Assembly: GCA_963707795.1 (NCBI GenBank)
Contig: OY970174.1
Location: forward strand, 1,874,648 to 1,938,647
Length of the DNA stretch: 64,000 nt
Direction: 5' to 3'
Source: an uncultured Acidobacteriota bacterium
GTDB lineage: Bacteria > Acidobacteriota > Vicinamibacteria > Vicinamibacterales > UBA2999
In this document: piece after piece, positions 1-9,698 of the stretch
Layout of the letters: every line of letters starts with the position of its first letter
How positions within the stretch are numbered: position 1 is the stretch's first letter
The notes under the pieces: generated by a model
Databases searched by the model: none
What the model was told of the DNA's origin: nothing
The model's input: the letters and a program-made list of their open reading frames with translations, nothing else
Program-made: the position numbers and the translations under genes

Positions 1-1
1 G

Positions 2-1046
2 ACCGCGCTGCAGGTCTACCTGTTCACGCAGTGGGTGCTCGGCGGCCGCCTGACGGTGCCGCGTGCCGCCGGCTGGGTCACGGTGCTCGCCTGCCTCACG
101 CGCTACGAGGCCTGGCCCATCACCGCGGCGGCGCTGGCGGCGTCGGCATGGGCGTGGTGGCGGCGCGGCAATGCCGTGAGCGGCGTGCTGCGCGTGCACG
201 CGCGGCTGGCGCTCTATCCCGCGCTGACGGTGCTGGCGTTTCTGGCGTTCAGCCGGATCACCGTCGGCGAGTGGTTCGTCAGCGGCGGCTTCTTCGTGCC
301 GGACGACACGCTGCGCGGCCAGCCGGCGGTCGTGGCCGAGCGAATCCTCGAGGGCATCGAAGTGCTGGGTGGCGGGCGGCTCGTGCGCGTCGCGGCGGTG
401 TCGCTGGCGGTCGTGGCGCTGCTTGGCCTGGCGTCCGCGGGACGGGCGCCCATGCTCGTGCCGCTCGCGCTGTTCGCCGCCGCCGCGCTGCCGCTCAGCG
501 CCTACCTGGCCGGGCATCCGTTCCGGATCCGCTACGAGATTCCGCTGGTCGTCGCATCGGCAATGACGGCGGGGCTCGCCGTCGGGCTGCTGCGCCGCTG
601 GGGGCCGCTGGTCGCCCTGCTGGTGTTCGTCGCCGTGATCGACGAGCGGCCACCCGGGGACCTCGGGGCGGCCATGGTCGTCGAAGCGCAGCTCGATCGG
701 CAGGTGCAGCCGCGCCGCCAGGTCACGGCCTGCCTCGTCGTCGGACTATCGCGGCGGCGACGATCATGGCGAGCATGGGCGCGCTCGGCCACTACATGCA
801 CGAGCTGGCCGCGGCCGGCTTCGCGATCGGCGACTTCCTGCACGAGGGCAACGGCCCGATCTGGGACAGCGCCTTCACGCGCGGACCGGCGGCGCTGGTC
901 GAATGGGTGCTGGTCGAGGACGAGGCCGAAGGCGGCGACGCCATCATCCAGCGCCAGCGGCTCCACCCGCGCCTGCTGGAGCGCTTCGACCGGGTGTGCA
1001 GCGGCGGCGGCGTGTCGCTGGTACCGCCGCCGCGCGCCCGGACTAG
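2..1046 (+). pseudogene. C-terminal part of a polytopic membrane protein (ArnT/PMT-like glycosyltransferase-type topology) with a soluble C-terminal domain. Open at the window edge, with frame breaks near ~735 and ~1020.
   Basis: The frame-2 ORF (35..) encodes successive hydrophobic helices (LALYPALTVLAFLAF, LVPLALFAAAALPLSAYLAG, LVALLVFVAVI). The protein-like continuation MASMGALGHYMHELAAAGFAIGDFLHEGNGPIWD...GGGVSL lies in frame 1. The probable end (YRRR...) is again in another frame. Confidence 0.45.
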
Positions 1047-1754
1047 AAGCGAACGCCGAACGTCGCCAGGTAGTGGAACCCGCCGAGGTCGATCTTCGGG
1101 CCCGAGGAAGTCGGCTCGTCGAGATCGCCTTCGGCCTTCTGGTAGCGCACTTCGCCGCCGAAGGTGGCGTTGCTGCCGACGAGAAACCGTGCACCGAACA
1201 CGGCGACCGGGCCGACCGACGTGCCGGAGGCGACGTAGCTCTCCCGGAAAATCGGACTGCCGACGCGGGCTGAAGTCGATGAAGTCGCCGGTCTCGCTGT
1301 AGCGCCAGTTGTAGATGCCGATGCCGCCGCCGACGTACGGCTGGAACGCCGCGTGGCGGCCGAGCGGCAGCAGGCGCACGGTGCGCCGAGATCGGGACGA
1401 TGCGAAGCTTCAGCTGCTGTTCGATTTCGCTGCCGTCGGGCCGCACGAACTCGTCGTAGATCGTGTCCACGCCGCGGCTGGTGAACCCGATGCCGGCGCC
1501 GACTTCGACGAAGTCGCCGAGCGGCGACCAGCCACTCGGCGCCAACCGAGACGGTGTTGAAGTCGCTGAAGTCGAACAGGCAGCAGCTCGCGATTCACGA
1601 CCAGGGCATCGCCGTCCACGCCGCGCGTCTTCGCCGCGGACCGTGAAGTAGCCGAGGGAAAAGTTCAGGCTGCTGTTGCGCCAGCGCCGGTTCGGCGCCG
1701 GCCAGCGACACGGCCGATACCGAAAGCACGGCCCAGGCGAGTCGAGCATCGCAT
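1043..1754 (-). pseudogene. Small outer-membrane beta-barrel protein (OmpW/porin-like), interrupted by about seven +1 frame breaks
   Basis: GGAGG lies upstream of ATG 1754. The signal peptide is RLAWAVLSVSAVSLAGAEPALAQ. The beta-strand-like pieces SSLNFSLGYFTVRGEDA, VDGDALVVNREL, LFDFSDFNTVSVGAEW, SPLGDFVEVGAGIGFTSRG..., FQPYVGGGIGIYNWRYSETGDFIDFS and ...GGFHYLATFGVRF* rotate regularly through all three frames. 712 nt minus 7 gives 705, which is divisible by 3. Confidence 0.6.
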
Positions 1755-1901
1755 GTGACCTCCGAGGTCAGGTAGGCGAGGCATGACCGGTCAGAAAGCA
1801 GAGCCTGTGCCATCGCCGGGCCTGCCGGACCGCGAGGTCGCTGCGGCGTGATTTGCGGAGAATTTTCGCGGGTTTGCCGCCTGGCGACCGGCGCATGCGC
1901 C

Positions 1902-2725
1902 TCAGCGTCGGGCGGCGGCGGCGTCCCGAATTACGGCCACCATCTCGTCGTGGACGTGTCCGTTCGAGGCCACCACCTGGCCGCCATGCGGGTCCCAGGC
2001 CTGCCCGTCGAGCCCGGTGACGCGGCCGCCGGCTTCCTCCACGATCAGCGCGCCGGCCATCGTGTCCCACGCCTGCAGCCCCTGCTCCCAGAAGCCGTCC
2101 AGGCGTCCGGCCGCGACCCAGCAGAGATCGATCGCCGCCGAGCCGAGACGGCGCACCGCGCGCGCTTCGCGGACGAAGGCGGTGAACGGCGACAGGATCT
2201 CGTCCACCGCGGTCGCGAATGTCGTAGGGGAAGCCGGTGACCAGGACCGCGTCGATGAGCGCGGCGGACGAGGACACGTGCAGCGGCTGGCCGTTGAGCC
2301 ACGCGCCGACCCCGCGTTCGGCCGTGAACAGCTCGCGCCGGTTCGGGTCGAAGACCGCGCCGACGACCGGCTGTCCCGTCGATCTCGAGCGCCAGCGTGG
2401 CGCAGAAGATCGGGATGCCGTGGGCGTAGTTGGTGGTGCCGTCGAGGGGATCGAACACCCAGCGATGGACCGCGCCCGTGCGCGGTTGTCCCATTTCTTC
2501 CGCCAGCACGTCGTGGTCGGGAAAGCGCTCGGCGATGAGCGCGCGCAGCATCTGTTCGACCTCGAGGTCCACCTCGGTCACGAGATCGATGGCGCCCTTC
2601 TTGCCGACGCGCAGCGCCGACCCGAATCGCGCCATCTGCAGCGCGCCGGCGCGCACCACGGCTTCGATGGCCGTGGCCAGCAGCGCCGGGTCGAGGCCGT
2701 GGGTCTGCGATGGTGTCGCGGTCAT
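1902..2725 (-). pseudogene. suhB: Inositol monophosphatase family protein (SuhB-like), two +1 frame breaks (~2372 and ~2210)
   Basis: Three pieces lie in three frames: MTATPSQ...VTEVDLEVEQ...WVFDPLDGTTNYAHGIPIFCATLALEIDG, then GQPVVGAVFDPNRRELFTAERGVGAWLNGQPLHVSSSAALIDAVLVTGFPYDIRDR, then VDEILSPFTAFVREARAVRRLGSAAIDLCWVAAGRLDGFWEQGLQAWDTMAGALIVEEAGG. The IMPase motifs DPLDGT, GSAA and WD are present. Confidence 0.8.
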
Positions 2726-2780
2726 GGTCGTGTTCGAGCGGCGGGGCGCGAGCGGTGCCGACCCGCCGGCGCGGCCCGCG

Positions 2781-3226
2781 TCAGGCGGTCGCGTTGGCGC
2801 GCGGCACCTTCTTGACCATGCGAATCTGCATGCCGCGCGTCTGGCCGCGTTGCAGCTCCACTTCGTCCATGAAGCTGCGAATGAGGAAGATGCCGCGTCC
2901 GCTCGACTTGAGGATGTTCTCCGGCGCCAGCGGGTCGGCCAGTTCGTCGGGGTCGAACCCCTCACCCTCGTCTTCGACCCGGATGATCAACTCGTCGGGG
3001 TGCTGCGACGGCATCGGCGTGAACTCGACGACCACCCGTTTCGACTCGTCGTTCTGGTTGCCGTGCTTGATGGCGTTGACGACCGACTCGCGCACCGCCA
3101 CGCCGACCCAGTGCAGCGGTCTTCGTCGAGGCCGGTGAGCCGGCCGACGTAGTCGCTGACGACCTGGACGAAATCCAGCATGTCGAAGGCGCTGGCGAAC
3201 TCCAGTCGGATTGTCTGCTTCATCAC
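2781..3226 (-). pseudogene. RsbW/SpoIIAB-type anti-sigma factor serine kinase (HATPase_c), one frame break near ~3113
   Basis: The N-terminal piece MKQTIRLEFASAFDMLDFVQVVSDYVGRLTGLDED joins HWVGVAVRESVVNAIKHGNQ...EGEGFDP...SSGRGIFLIRSFMDEV only if one base is restored in gac-c(c)g-ctg. Confidence 0.7.
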
Positions 3227-3435
3227 GCGGTCAGGGCCAGGGGGACAGGGGTCAGTGATGAGGAATCCAGGGCCGGCGGGACATCAGGCTGCGGGCCTGT
3301 CACCTGGTTCCATGGGAGCGGGGCGGGCGTGCACCAGCGCACTGAGCATCGGCGGTCTAAGTAGCATAGCCGTTTCGCGCCGGTCAAGCGACGGCCGTGC
3401 GCAGCGCGGGGGCGGGCACGATATAGTGAGCGATT

Positions 3436-4746
3436 GTGCGCACCGCCGACCAGGTCACCATCCAGCCCGCGACGCGGGTGCGCGGCGTCATTCGCGTGCC
3501 CGGCGACAAGTCCATCTCGCATCGCTACGCCATCCTCGCGGCGCTGGCCGGCGGCGACAGCGTCATCGCCAACTACGCCCCCGGCGGCGACGGCGCGTCC
3601 ACGCTGGCGTGCCTGGCGGCCCTGGGCGTGTCCATCGATCGCCGGGCGGCGCCGGATGCCGCCGATCCGCCGCTCGTCGTCGTGGCCGGCCGCGGCGGGC
3701 CCGGGCTGCGGCCGCCCACCGACTCGCTCGACTGCGGGAACTCCGGCACGACGATGCGGATGCTCGCCGGCGTCGTCGCCGGGCAACCCTTCGTGTCCAC
3801 CCTCGCCGGCGACCCATCGCTGACCCGCCGTCCGATGCGCCGCATCATCGCCCCGCTCTCCCGGATGGGGGCCCACATCGAGGCGGCGACGGGCGATCGG
3901 CCGCCGCTCACCGTCTACGGCGCCGACCTCGGCGGCATCGATTTCGTTCCCGAGGTGCCGAGCGCGCAGGTCAAGAGCGCGGTGCTGCTGGCCGGGCTCT
4001 TCGCCGACGGCCAGACCCGTGTCACCGAGGCCACCCCGACACGAGATCATACGGAGCGGGCGCTGACGGCGTTCGGCGCCGCGGTCGTGTGCGCGGGCGG
4101 CCAGGTGACCATCGCCGGCGGCCAGTCGCTGCGGGCGATCGAGGCCCGCGTCCCCGGCGACCTCTCGTCCGCCGCCTTCGCCGCCGTGGCCGCCGGCGCG
4201 CTCGCGGGCTCGGATGTGACCATCGAGGACGTCGGCCTGAACCCGTCGCGGACCGCCCTGCTCGACGTCCTGCAGCGGTTTGGCGTGCGGGTCGACATCG
4301 AGCAGACCGCGACCTGGCAGGGCGAGCCGGTCGGGCGGCTGCGCATCGTGGCCCAGGAGCTCCGCGGCCTGACGCTCGGGGCCGCCGAGGTCCCGGCGGT
4401 CATCGACGAGCTGCCGGTGCTCGCGGTGCTCGCCACGGCGGGCGGGGAGCTGCGTGTCAGCGGGGCGTCCGAGCTGCGGGTCAAGGAAAGCGATCGCATC
4501 AGCGCGCTGGTGGCGGGGCTCCGCGCGCTCGGCGCCGAGGCCGAGGAACTGCCCGATGGCTTCCACGTCCGCGCCGGTCCACGGTTGACTGGAGGGCGGG
4601 TCGATGCGCACGGCGATCATCGGCTGGCGATGGCGTTCGCCATCGCCGGCTTGACGGCGGACGGCCCGGTGACCATCGACGGCGCCAGCGCCGCCGCCGT
4701 CTCCTATCCCGGGTTCTTCGCGGACCTCGAGCGGCTGCGGGCGTGA
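3436..4746 (+). CDS. aroA: 3-phosphoshikimate 1-carboxyvinyltransferase (EPSP synthase)
   Basis: 436-aa ORF with PGDKSISHRYAILAALAGG, LDCGNSGTTMRMLAG, KESDRI and DHRLAMAFAIAG motifs. GTG start. Confidence 0.93.
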   Translation: MRTADQVTIQPATRVRGVIRVPGDKSISHRYAILAALAGGDSVIANYAPGGDGASTLACLAALGVSIDRRAAPDAADPPLVVVAGRGGPGLRPPTDSLDCGNSGTTMRMLAGVVAGQPFVSTLAGDPSLTRRPMRRIIAPLSRMGAHIEAATGDRPPLTVYGADLGGIDFVPEVPSAQVKSAVLLAGLFADGQTRVTEATPTRDHTERALTAFGAAVVCAGGQVTIAGGQSLRAIEARVPGDLSSAAFAAVAAGALAGSDVTIEDVGLNPSRTALLDVLQRFGVRVDIEQTATWQGEPVGRLRIVAQELRGLTLGAAEVPAVIDELPVLAVLATAGGELRVSGASELRVKESDRISALVAGLRALGAEAEELPDGFHVRAGPRLTGGRVDAHGDHRLAMAFAIAGLTADGPVTIDGASAAAVSYPGFFADLERLRA

Positions 4747-5243
4747 AAGCCGACAAGGTGTATCTGGTCGGCTTCATGGGCGCCGGCAAGACGACCGTCG
4801 CCCGCGCGCTGGCGCGGCGGCTCGACTGGAGCATCGAGGACATCGACGAGCGCATCGAGGCGCGGGAACGCCGCGATATCCCGACGATTTTCCGCCAGGA
4901 CGGCGAGCCGTACTTCCGCGGCATCGAGCGCCAGGAGGTGATCGCCCTGCTGCCGGTGCGCGGGACGGTGGTGGCCACCGGCGGCGGCACCCCCGCGGAC
5001 CCGGTGACGCGCGCGCTGATGCTCCGCGACGGGGCGGTGGTGTGGCTGGACGCCCCGCTGGCCACGGTGCTGGAGCGCGTGCCGCTCGACGGGCGCCGGC
5101 CGCTGGCGGCGGACCGCATCGAGATGGAAAGACTTTATAATCAGCGGCTCATGGCGTACGGCGAGGCTCACCTCCGGCTCGACGCCGGCCGGGGCTCGGT
5201 CGAGGAGATCGTGGATCAGATCGTCGAGTGGCTGGGCGCATGA
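4743..5243 (+). CDS. aroK: Shikimate kinase
   Basis: The GTG start overlaps the aroA stop (GTGA). Walker A is GFMGAGKTTV, followed by FRGIERQ...GGG, typical of AroK. It is the C-terminal in-frame part of the long ORF 3180..5243. Confidence 0.88.
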   Translation: MKADKVYLVGFMGAGKTTVARALARRLDWSIEDIDERIEARERRDIPTIFRQDGEPYFRGIERQEVIALLPVRGTVVATGGGTPADPVTRALMLRDGAVVWLDAPLATVLERVPLDGRRPLAADRIEMERLYNQRLMAYGEAHLRLDAGRGSVEEIVDQIVEWLGA

Positions 5244-5289
5244 CGACAAGCGCCGGGCGCCGGGCGATGTGGCTCGCAGTGGCCTGCTG

Positions 5290-6033
5290 ATGCGATATCT
5301 CGTCCTCAGCGACATCCACGCCAACATGGAGGCGTTCGAGGCGGTGCTCGCCGCCGCCGAGCCGCTCGGCTACGAGCGCGTGCTCGTGCTCGGCGACCTG
5401 GTGGGCTACGGCGCCGACCCCAACGCCGTGATCCAGAGAGTCCGGGCAATCCGTCCGCACGCGTTGATCCGCGGCAACCACGACAAGGTCGGCTCCGGGC
5501 TGGAGAGTCCCGAGGGCTTCAACGCCGTGGCCAAGAATGCGATCCGCTGGACCTACGATGCGCTGACCGCCGAGAACCGCGACTGGCTGGCCGCCCTCCC
5601 CGCCGGACCGGTCGTGGTCGACGACCTGATCGAGATCTGCCACGGCACGCCCTTCGACGAGGACGCCTACGTCTTCGACGATCTCGACGCGCTGCGCTCG
5701 CTGCACGCGGCCGAGCGCGAGGTCTGCCTGTTCGGCCACACCCACGTGCAGGTCGGCTACGCGCTGACCGGCGATCAGTTCACGCTGACGACCATCGAGG
5801 AGAGCCGGCCGCTGTCGATCCCGCTCCCGGCCGGGGCCAGGCATCTGGTCAACCCGGGCTCGGTCGGCCAGCCCCGGGACGGCGACGCGCGTGCCGGGTT
5901 CGCGATTGCCGACACGGCCACGCGCGAGGTCACCATTCACCGCGCCGCCTACGACATCGACCACGCACGGGCGCGGATTCTGGAAGAGGGTTTGCCCGAG
6001 ATCCTGGCCCAGCGGCTGGCGCTCGGCCGGTAG
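5290..6033 (+). CDS. Metallophosphoesterase family protein
   Basis: Motifs LSDIHAN, GDLVGYG, GNHD, GHTH and NPGSVGQPRDGD. The alternative GTG start at 5269 is less likely. Confidence 0.8.
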   Translation: MRYLVLSDIHANMEAFEAVLAAAEPLGYERVLVLGDLVGYGADPNAVIQRVRAIRPHALIRGNHDKVGSGLESPEGFNAVAKNAIRWTYDALTAENRDWLAALPAGPVVVDDLIEICHGTPFDEDAYVFDDLDALRSLHAAEREVCLFGHTHVQVGYALTGDQFTLTTIEESRPLSIPLPAGARHLVNPGSVGQPRDGDARAGFAIADTATREVTIHRAAYDIDHARARILEEGLPEILAQRLALGR

Positions 6034-6325
6034 TGGAGGCCGTCTCTCGCGGGTTCCGCGTCAGTTCCCTTCGTCCTCCAGTGCGGCACACCCCTCGCCA
6101 TCCGTGATCGGCACTGCGAATCAGATGCCTCGATCGCCCTGTGACCAGAGCCCGATCGCCGACGATCGCGGAAGACTGTCGTGACGAAGTAACCCGTGGT
6201 CCAAGCGCCGCCGCGAGCCCACCAAGCCGCGTGGCGCTGGCGCCTCGATCACCGCCACACTTCGGCGCGGCGCTTCTGATGGCTGCCAGCCAGAAAGGCC
6301 CACGCGGCCGGCGGCAGTGAGTGTG

Positions 6326-7168
6326 TTACGCGGTGTCCTTACTGTAGATAGTCCAGCGGAGTTCCCTTGGTATCGCGATCGGCCGCTCGAGATCGAACTG
6401 TTGTGCTGACCATGCTTGCAGTCGAGGGACGCACTGCTCCTGTACGGACTTTGGCACAGTCCAGGTGTAGGACAACTCGCCGTCGACCAACCGACGCAAG
6501 AACTCAGCGAGCGTGATCGTCGGCCCTGTTCCGGTCTGTAGCTCGGCGCGACGCGCGAACCCCAGGGCAGCGAGTTCCTCGTCCACTTCATGCTCCGATC
6601 GAACACCCGGGTGAAACGGTGCTGCGATCCCGGCTTCCTCGAACAACGTGCGCGCACGCTCGCGAATGAGCACCCATGCCTCGTCGGCGTGTCCGTTGCC
6701 CCACTCATGCAGCAGGCGCCCGTCAGCGGCAAGCACCCGGTGCGTCTCACGCAATACCGCACGCCAATCCGCGGTGAGATACAGGACCCGGGCGATCACG
6801 GCGGCGCCAAACTGCCCTCCACGGAACGGCAGCTGCGCGCCATCACCCGCAACGACGCGGATCGGCAGGTCGCCTGCCTTGTTGCGCAACGCCTGCACCA
6901 TGCCCGGTGCGGGCTCGAGCGCAACAACGCGGCAGCCACGCTTGGCAAGCCCGATCGCCACGCGACCCGTGCCGGCCCCGACGTCGAGGACGTTGGCGCC
7001 TGCCCGTATCGCCCCCGCGGCGGCGAGTCGCTGCACCACTTCGTCTGGCAGCGCGGCTCCATGCCGGCTGTCATAGACATTGGCGTTGCAGGAGAAATCA
7101 ACCCGTCGACCCACGGCTGCTAGCAGTTCTCGGCAGACCGCGTCCGGTCGCAACGATCCGCCGGACAT
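6326..7168 (-). CDS. Class I SAM-dependent methyltransferase
   Basis: 280-aa ORF with motif I VLDVGAGTGRVAIGLAKRG and CRVVALEPAPGM. Local GC is lower than in the flanks (34/60 in the line at 6361). Confidence 0.75.
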   Translation of the reverse strand: MSGGSLRPDAVCRELLAAVGRRVDFSCNANVYDSRHGAALPDEVVQRLAAAGAIRAGANVLDVGAGTGRVAIGLAKRGCRVVALEPAPGMVQALRNKAGDLPIRVVAGDGAQLPFRGGQFGAAVIARVLYLTADWRAVLRETHRVLAADGRLLHEWGNGHADEAWVLIRERARTLFEEAGIAAPFHPGVRSEHEVDEELAALGFARRAELQTGTGPTITLAEFLRRLVDGELSYTWTVPKSVQEQCVPRLQAWSAQQFDLERPIAIPRELRWTIYSKDTA

Positions 7169-7178
7169 ACGCGCCTGA

Positions 7179-7346
7179 TCACGGTTGCTGGTTCGCAGGC
7201 CCCTTCGGCCGCCGTTCCCGCTGCCGCTGCAGCTCCACCAGGTAGGCGTCGCGCGCGGCGCGGCCGCCGAGAATCCAGCCGAACACGACGCCGATCAGGA
7301 TGCAGACCGGGATGTAGATGAAATGCGCCGCATTCATCTCGGTCAT
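7179..7346 (-). CDS. Small (55 aa) single-pass membrane protein, translationally coupled to the ccmD-like gene
   Basis: My own translation gives MTEMNAAHFIYIPVCILIGVVFGWILGGRAARDAYLVELQRQRERRPKGPANQQP*. The ATG shares one base with the upstream TGA (TGATG). It falls below the ORF-track length cut-off. Confidence 0.45.
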   Translation of the reverse strand: MTEMNAAHFIYIPVCILIGVVFGWILGGRAARDAYLVELQRQRERRPKGPANQQP

Positions 7347-7621
7347 CAGCGGCGACCCTGCTCCAGCCGCCGGAGATCGTCCTCCACGCGGCGGACCCGC
7401 CGGACCAGGGTGAAGACGTAGGCGATGAATGCCACCCAGATGAAGCCGTAGGCCGCCACGACCATCGGCGCCGCCGGCAACTGCTCCTCGGGCGGCAGTT
7501 GATCGATCGGAACGAACTCGTCCTGCTGCTGCGGCTGCGGCGGCGGGCCTTGCGCGCGCCCCGCGCCCCAGCCGCCGGCGAGCAGGATCAGGACGGCGCA
7601 GACGGCGATCGATCGCATCAT
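7346..7621 (-). CDS. ccmD: CcmD-like heme exporter small subunit (N-terminally extended, 91 aa)
   Basis: The ATG overlaps the ccmC stop. The C-terminal TM segment VVAAYGFIWVAFIAYVFTLVRRVRR resembles CcmD. It lies directly after ccmC. Confidence 0.6.
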   Translation of the reverse strand: MMRSIAVCAVLILLAGGWGAGRAQGPPPQPQQQDEFVPIDQLPPEEQLPAAPMVVAAYGFIWVAFIAYVFTLVRRVRRVEDDLRRLEQGRR

Positions 7622-8277
7622 TCCTCGTCGGCAGCGAGGTAGAGCGTTTCCACCCGCGCCCGCTGCTCCTCCAGCTGCATCCGCAGCATGAACAGCACCA
7701 TCGACAGCAGCACGAACGCCGCCATGCAGAACCACATCGGCCCGGCCATCGGCGGCACCAGCGACGGAATCACCGACGTCTTGGGATGCAGCGTGCGCCA
7801 GTAGTTCACCGAGACGTAGACGAACGGCGCGTTGGCGAGGCCGAACAGCGCCAGGCCGGCAGCCAGCTTGTCGGAGCCGGGACCGCCGAAGCGGCGGAGC
7901 AGCAGGTAGGCGAGGAAGATCATCCACAGCATGAGCGCCGACGTCGTGCGCGCGTCCCAGTCCCACCACACGCCCCACGCCTTGCGCCCCCACAGCGGCC
8001 CGGTGACGAAGGTCATCGCGCCGAAGAGCACCACCTGCTCGGCGGCCGCCAGCGCCCAGTGATCCGCACGCGGCGCCCGGCGGAACAGGTAGACGCCGCT
8101 CGCCACGCCCGACACGATCGCGAGTACCAGCATCAGGATGGCGCCCGGGACGTGATAGTAGAAGATTTTCTGTACCAGCCCCATCGTGGACTCGTACGGC
8201 GCCCAGTGCACCAGCGCCGGGGCGACGGCGAACATCACCAGCGCCAGCGCGAGCAGGATGTGCGTGTGTCGGCGCAT
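7618..8277 (-). CDS. ccmC: Heme exporter protein CcmC
   Basis: 219-aa polytopic protein with the Trp-rich heme-handling motif WGRKAWGVWWDWDARTT. Confidence 0.9.
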   Translation of the reverse strand: MRRHTHILLALALVMFAVAPALVHWAPYESTMGLVQKIFYYHVPGAILMLVLAIVSGVASGVYLFRRAPRADHWALAAAEQVVLFGAMTFVTGPLWGRKAWGVWWDWDARTTSALMLWMIFLAYLLLRRFGGPGSDKLAAGLALFGLANAPFVYVSVNYWRTLHPKTSVIPSLVPPMAGPMWFCMAAFVLLSMVLFMLRMQLEEQRARVETLYLAADEE

Positions 8278-8310
8278 CAGGGGTGTCGCAACCTCACGTC
8301 GGGTCTCCCC

Positions 8311-8997
8311 TCATTCTGTCATCAACTCCTCGAAGGTCCACAGCGCGAGCGTGACGAAGACCACGTCGAAGAACACGAGCAGCGCCAGCCAGAAACGCGC
8401 CAGCGCCTCGTCCGGCGTCGCCTGGAAGATCGCCGCGGTCCCGCGCACGCTGGCAATCATCACGGGAACCGTCATCGGATACAACAGAATCGGCAGCAGC
8501 ACGTCGCGGCTGCGCGCCCGGACCAGCATGGCGGCGAACAGCGTCCCGACCGCGGCAAAGCCGAGCGTGCCGGCGGCGAGCAGCGCCAGGAGCAGCGCCG
8601 GGCTCGCGGCGATGGGCGCCTGGAAGAACAGCGCCACCAGCGGCACGAGCACCGCTTCGGTCAGCCCCATCAGGCACAGGATCCCGAGCAGCTTGCCCAC
8701 GTACAGCGCCGGCCGGTCCGCCGGCGCCAGCATCAGCGCGCGCAGCGTCTCGGTCTGGCGCTCGCGCTCGAAGGTGCGCCCCAGCGCCAGCGTGCCGGCA
8801 AACGCGATGGCAATCCACAGGATGCCGGCGGCGACGTCGCCGACCGCGCGCCCGTCCACCACGAAGGCGAACGCGAACACCAGCACGCACGCGACGGCGA
8901 AGAACACTGTCGTCGACACCAGCTCCCAGCTGCGCACTTCGATGGCCAGGTCCTTGCGCAGCACCAGCCACGCGACGCGGACGAAGGGGGCCATCAC
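8311..8997 (-). CDS. ccmB: Heme exporter protein CcmB
   Basis: 228-aa six-TM ABC permease-like protein between ccmA and ccmC. Its start overlaps the ccmA stop. Confidence 0.85.
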   Translation of the reverse strand: MMAPFVRVAWLVLRKDLAIEVRSWELVSTTVFFAVACVLVFAFAFVVDGRAVGDVAAGILWIAIAFAGTLALGRTFERERQTETLRALMLAPADRPALYVGKLLGILCLMGLTEAVLVPLVALFFQAPIAASPALLLALLAAGTLGFAAVGTLFAAMLVRARSRDVLLPILLYPMTVPVMIASVRGTAAIFQATPDEALARFWLALLVFFDVVFVTLALWTFEELMTE

Positions 8998-9698
8998 GAG
9001 CGCATCACCGCGCGATAGCGCTCGGCCAGCGGCGCCGTCCCGGCATCGGCGCCGACCATGCGGCCGTTGCGCAGGTAGAGCACCCGGCTCAGGAGCCCAT
9101 CCGCCACCTCGAGGTCGTGCGTGGCCAGGACGATCAGGCAGCCCTGTTGCTGCAGCGTCCGCAGGCGGTCGACCAGCGCGTCGGCCGACGCCTGGTCGAG
9201 CCCGGTGAACGGCTCGTCCAGCAGGAGCAGCCGCGGGCCGTGAATCAGCGCCCGCTCCAGCGCGAGCCGCTGCCGCATCCCGCGCGAGAACCCGGCCACT
9301 GGATCGTCGGCGCGGTCGGTCAATCCCGCGGCCGCCAGCGCGGACGCGCAGCGCACCGCCGGATCGGCCACGCCGTAGAGCCGGGCGAAGAAGAGCAGGT
9401 TTTCGCGCGCCGTCAGCTCGGGATAGAGATACAGGTCGTGCCCGAGGAGCCCGAGCCGGGCGCGCAGGCCGGCGCCCGCCTCGCGTGCGGTGTGCCCGCC
9501 GTAGGCGACCCGCCCCGTCGACGGTGCAAGCAGCGTTGCCAGGATCGCCAGCAGCGTCGATTTGCCGGCCCCGTTGGGACCGAGCAGCCCGAGAATGTCG
9601 CCGGCGCGGCAGTCGAAAGAGATCTGCGAGAGCGCTTTGCGGCGGCCGAAATGCCGCCCGAGATCGATGGCCGAGAGCTGGGTGAAATCCAGGCTCAC
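8994..9698 (-). CDS. ccmA: Heme ABC exporter ATP-binding protein CcmA
   Basis: Walker A GPNGAGKST, signature FSRGMRQRLAL and Walker B LLLLDEP. The GTG start overlaps the upstream stop (GTGA). Confidence 0.88.
   Translation of the reverse strand: MSLDFTQLSAIDLGRHFGRRKALSQISFDCRAGDILGLLGPNGAGKSTLLAILATLLAPSTGRVAYGGHTAREAGAGLRARLGLLGHDLYLYPELTARENLLFFARLYGVADPAVRCASALAAAGLTDRADDPVAGFSRGMRQRLALERALIHGPRLLLLDEPFTGLDQASADALVDRLRTLQQQGCLIVLATHDLEVADGLLSRVLYLRNGRMVGADAGTAPLAERYRAVMRS

Noticed and set aside
3420-3436. TATAGT 8 nt upstream of the aroA GTG start, suggesting a leaderless transcript
   Set aside because: This is a single hexamer with no convincing -35. Leaderless translation normally needs AUG. 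The evidence is too weak without transcription-start data.
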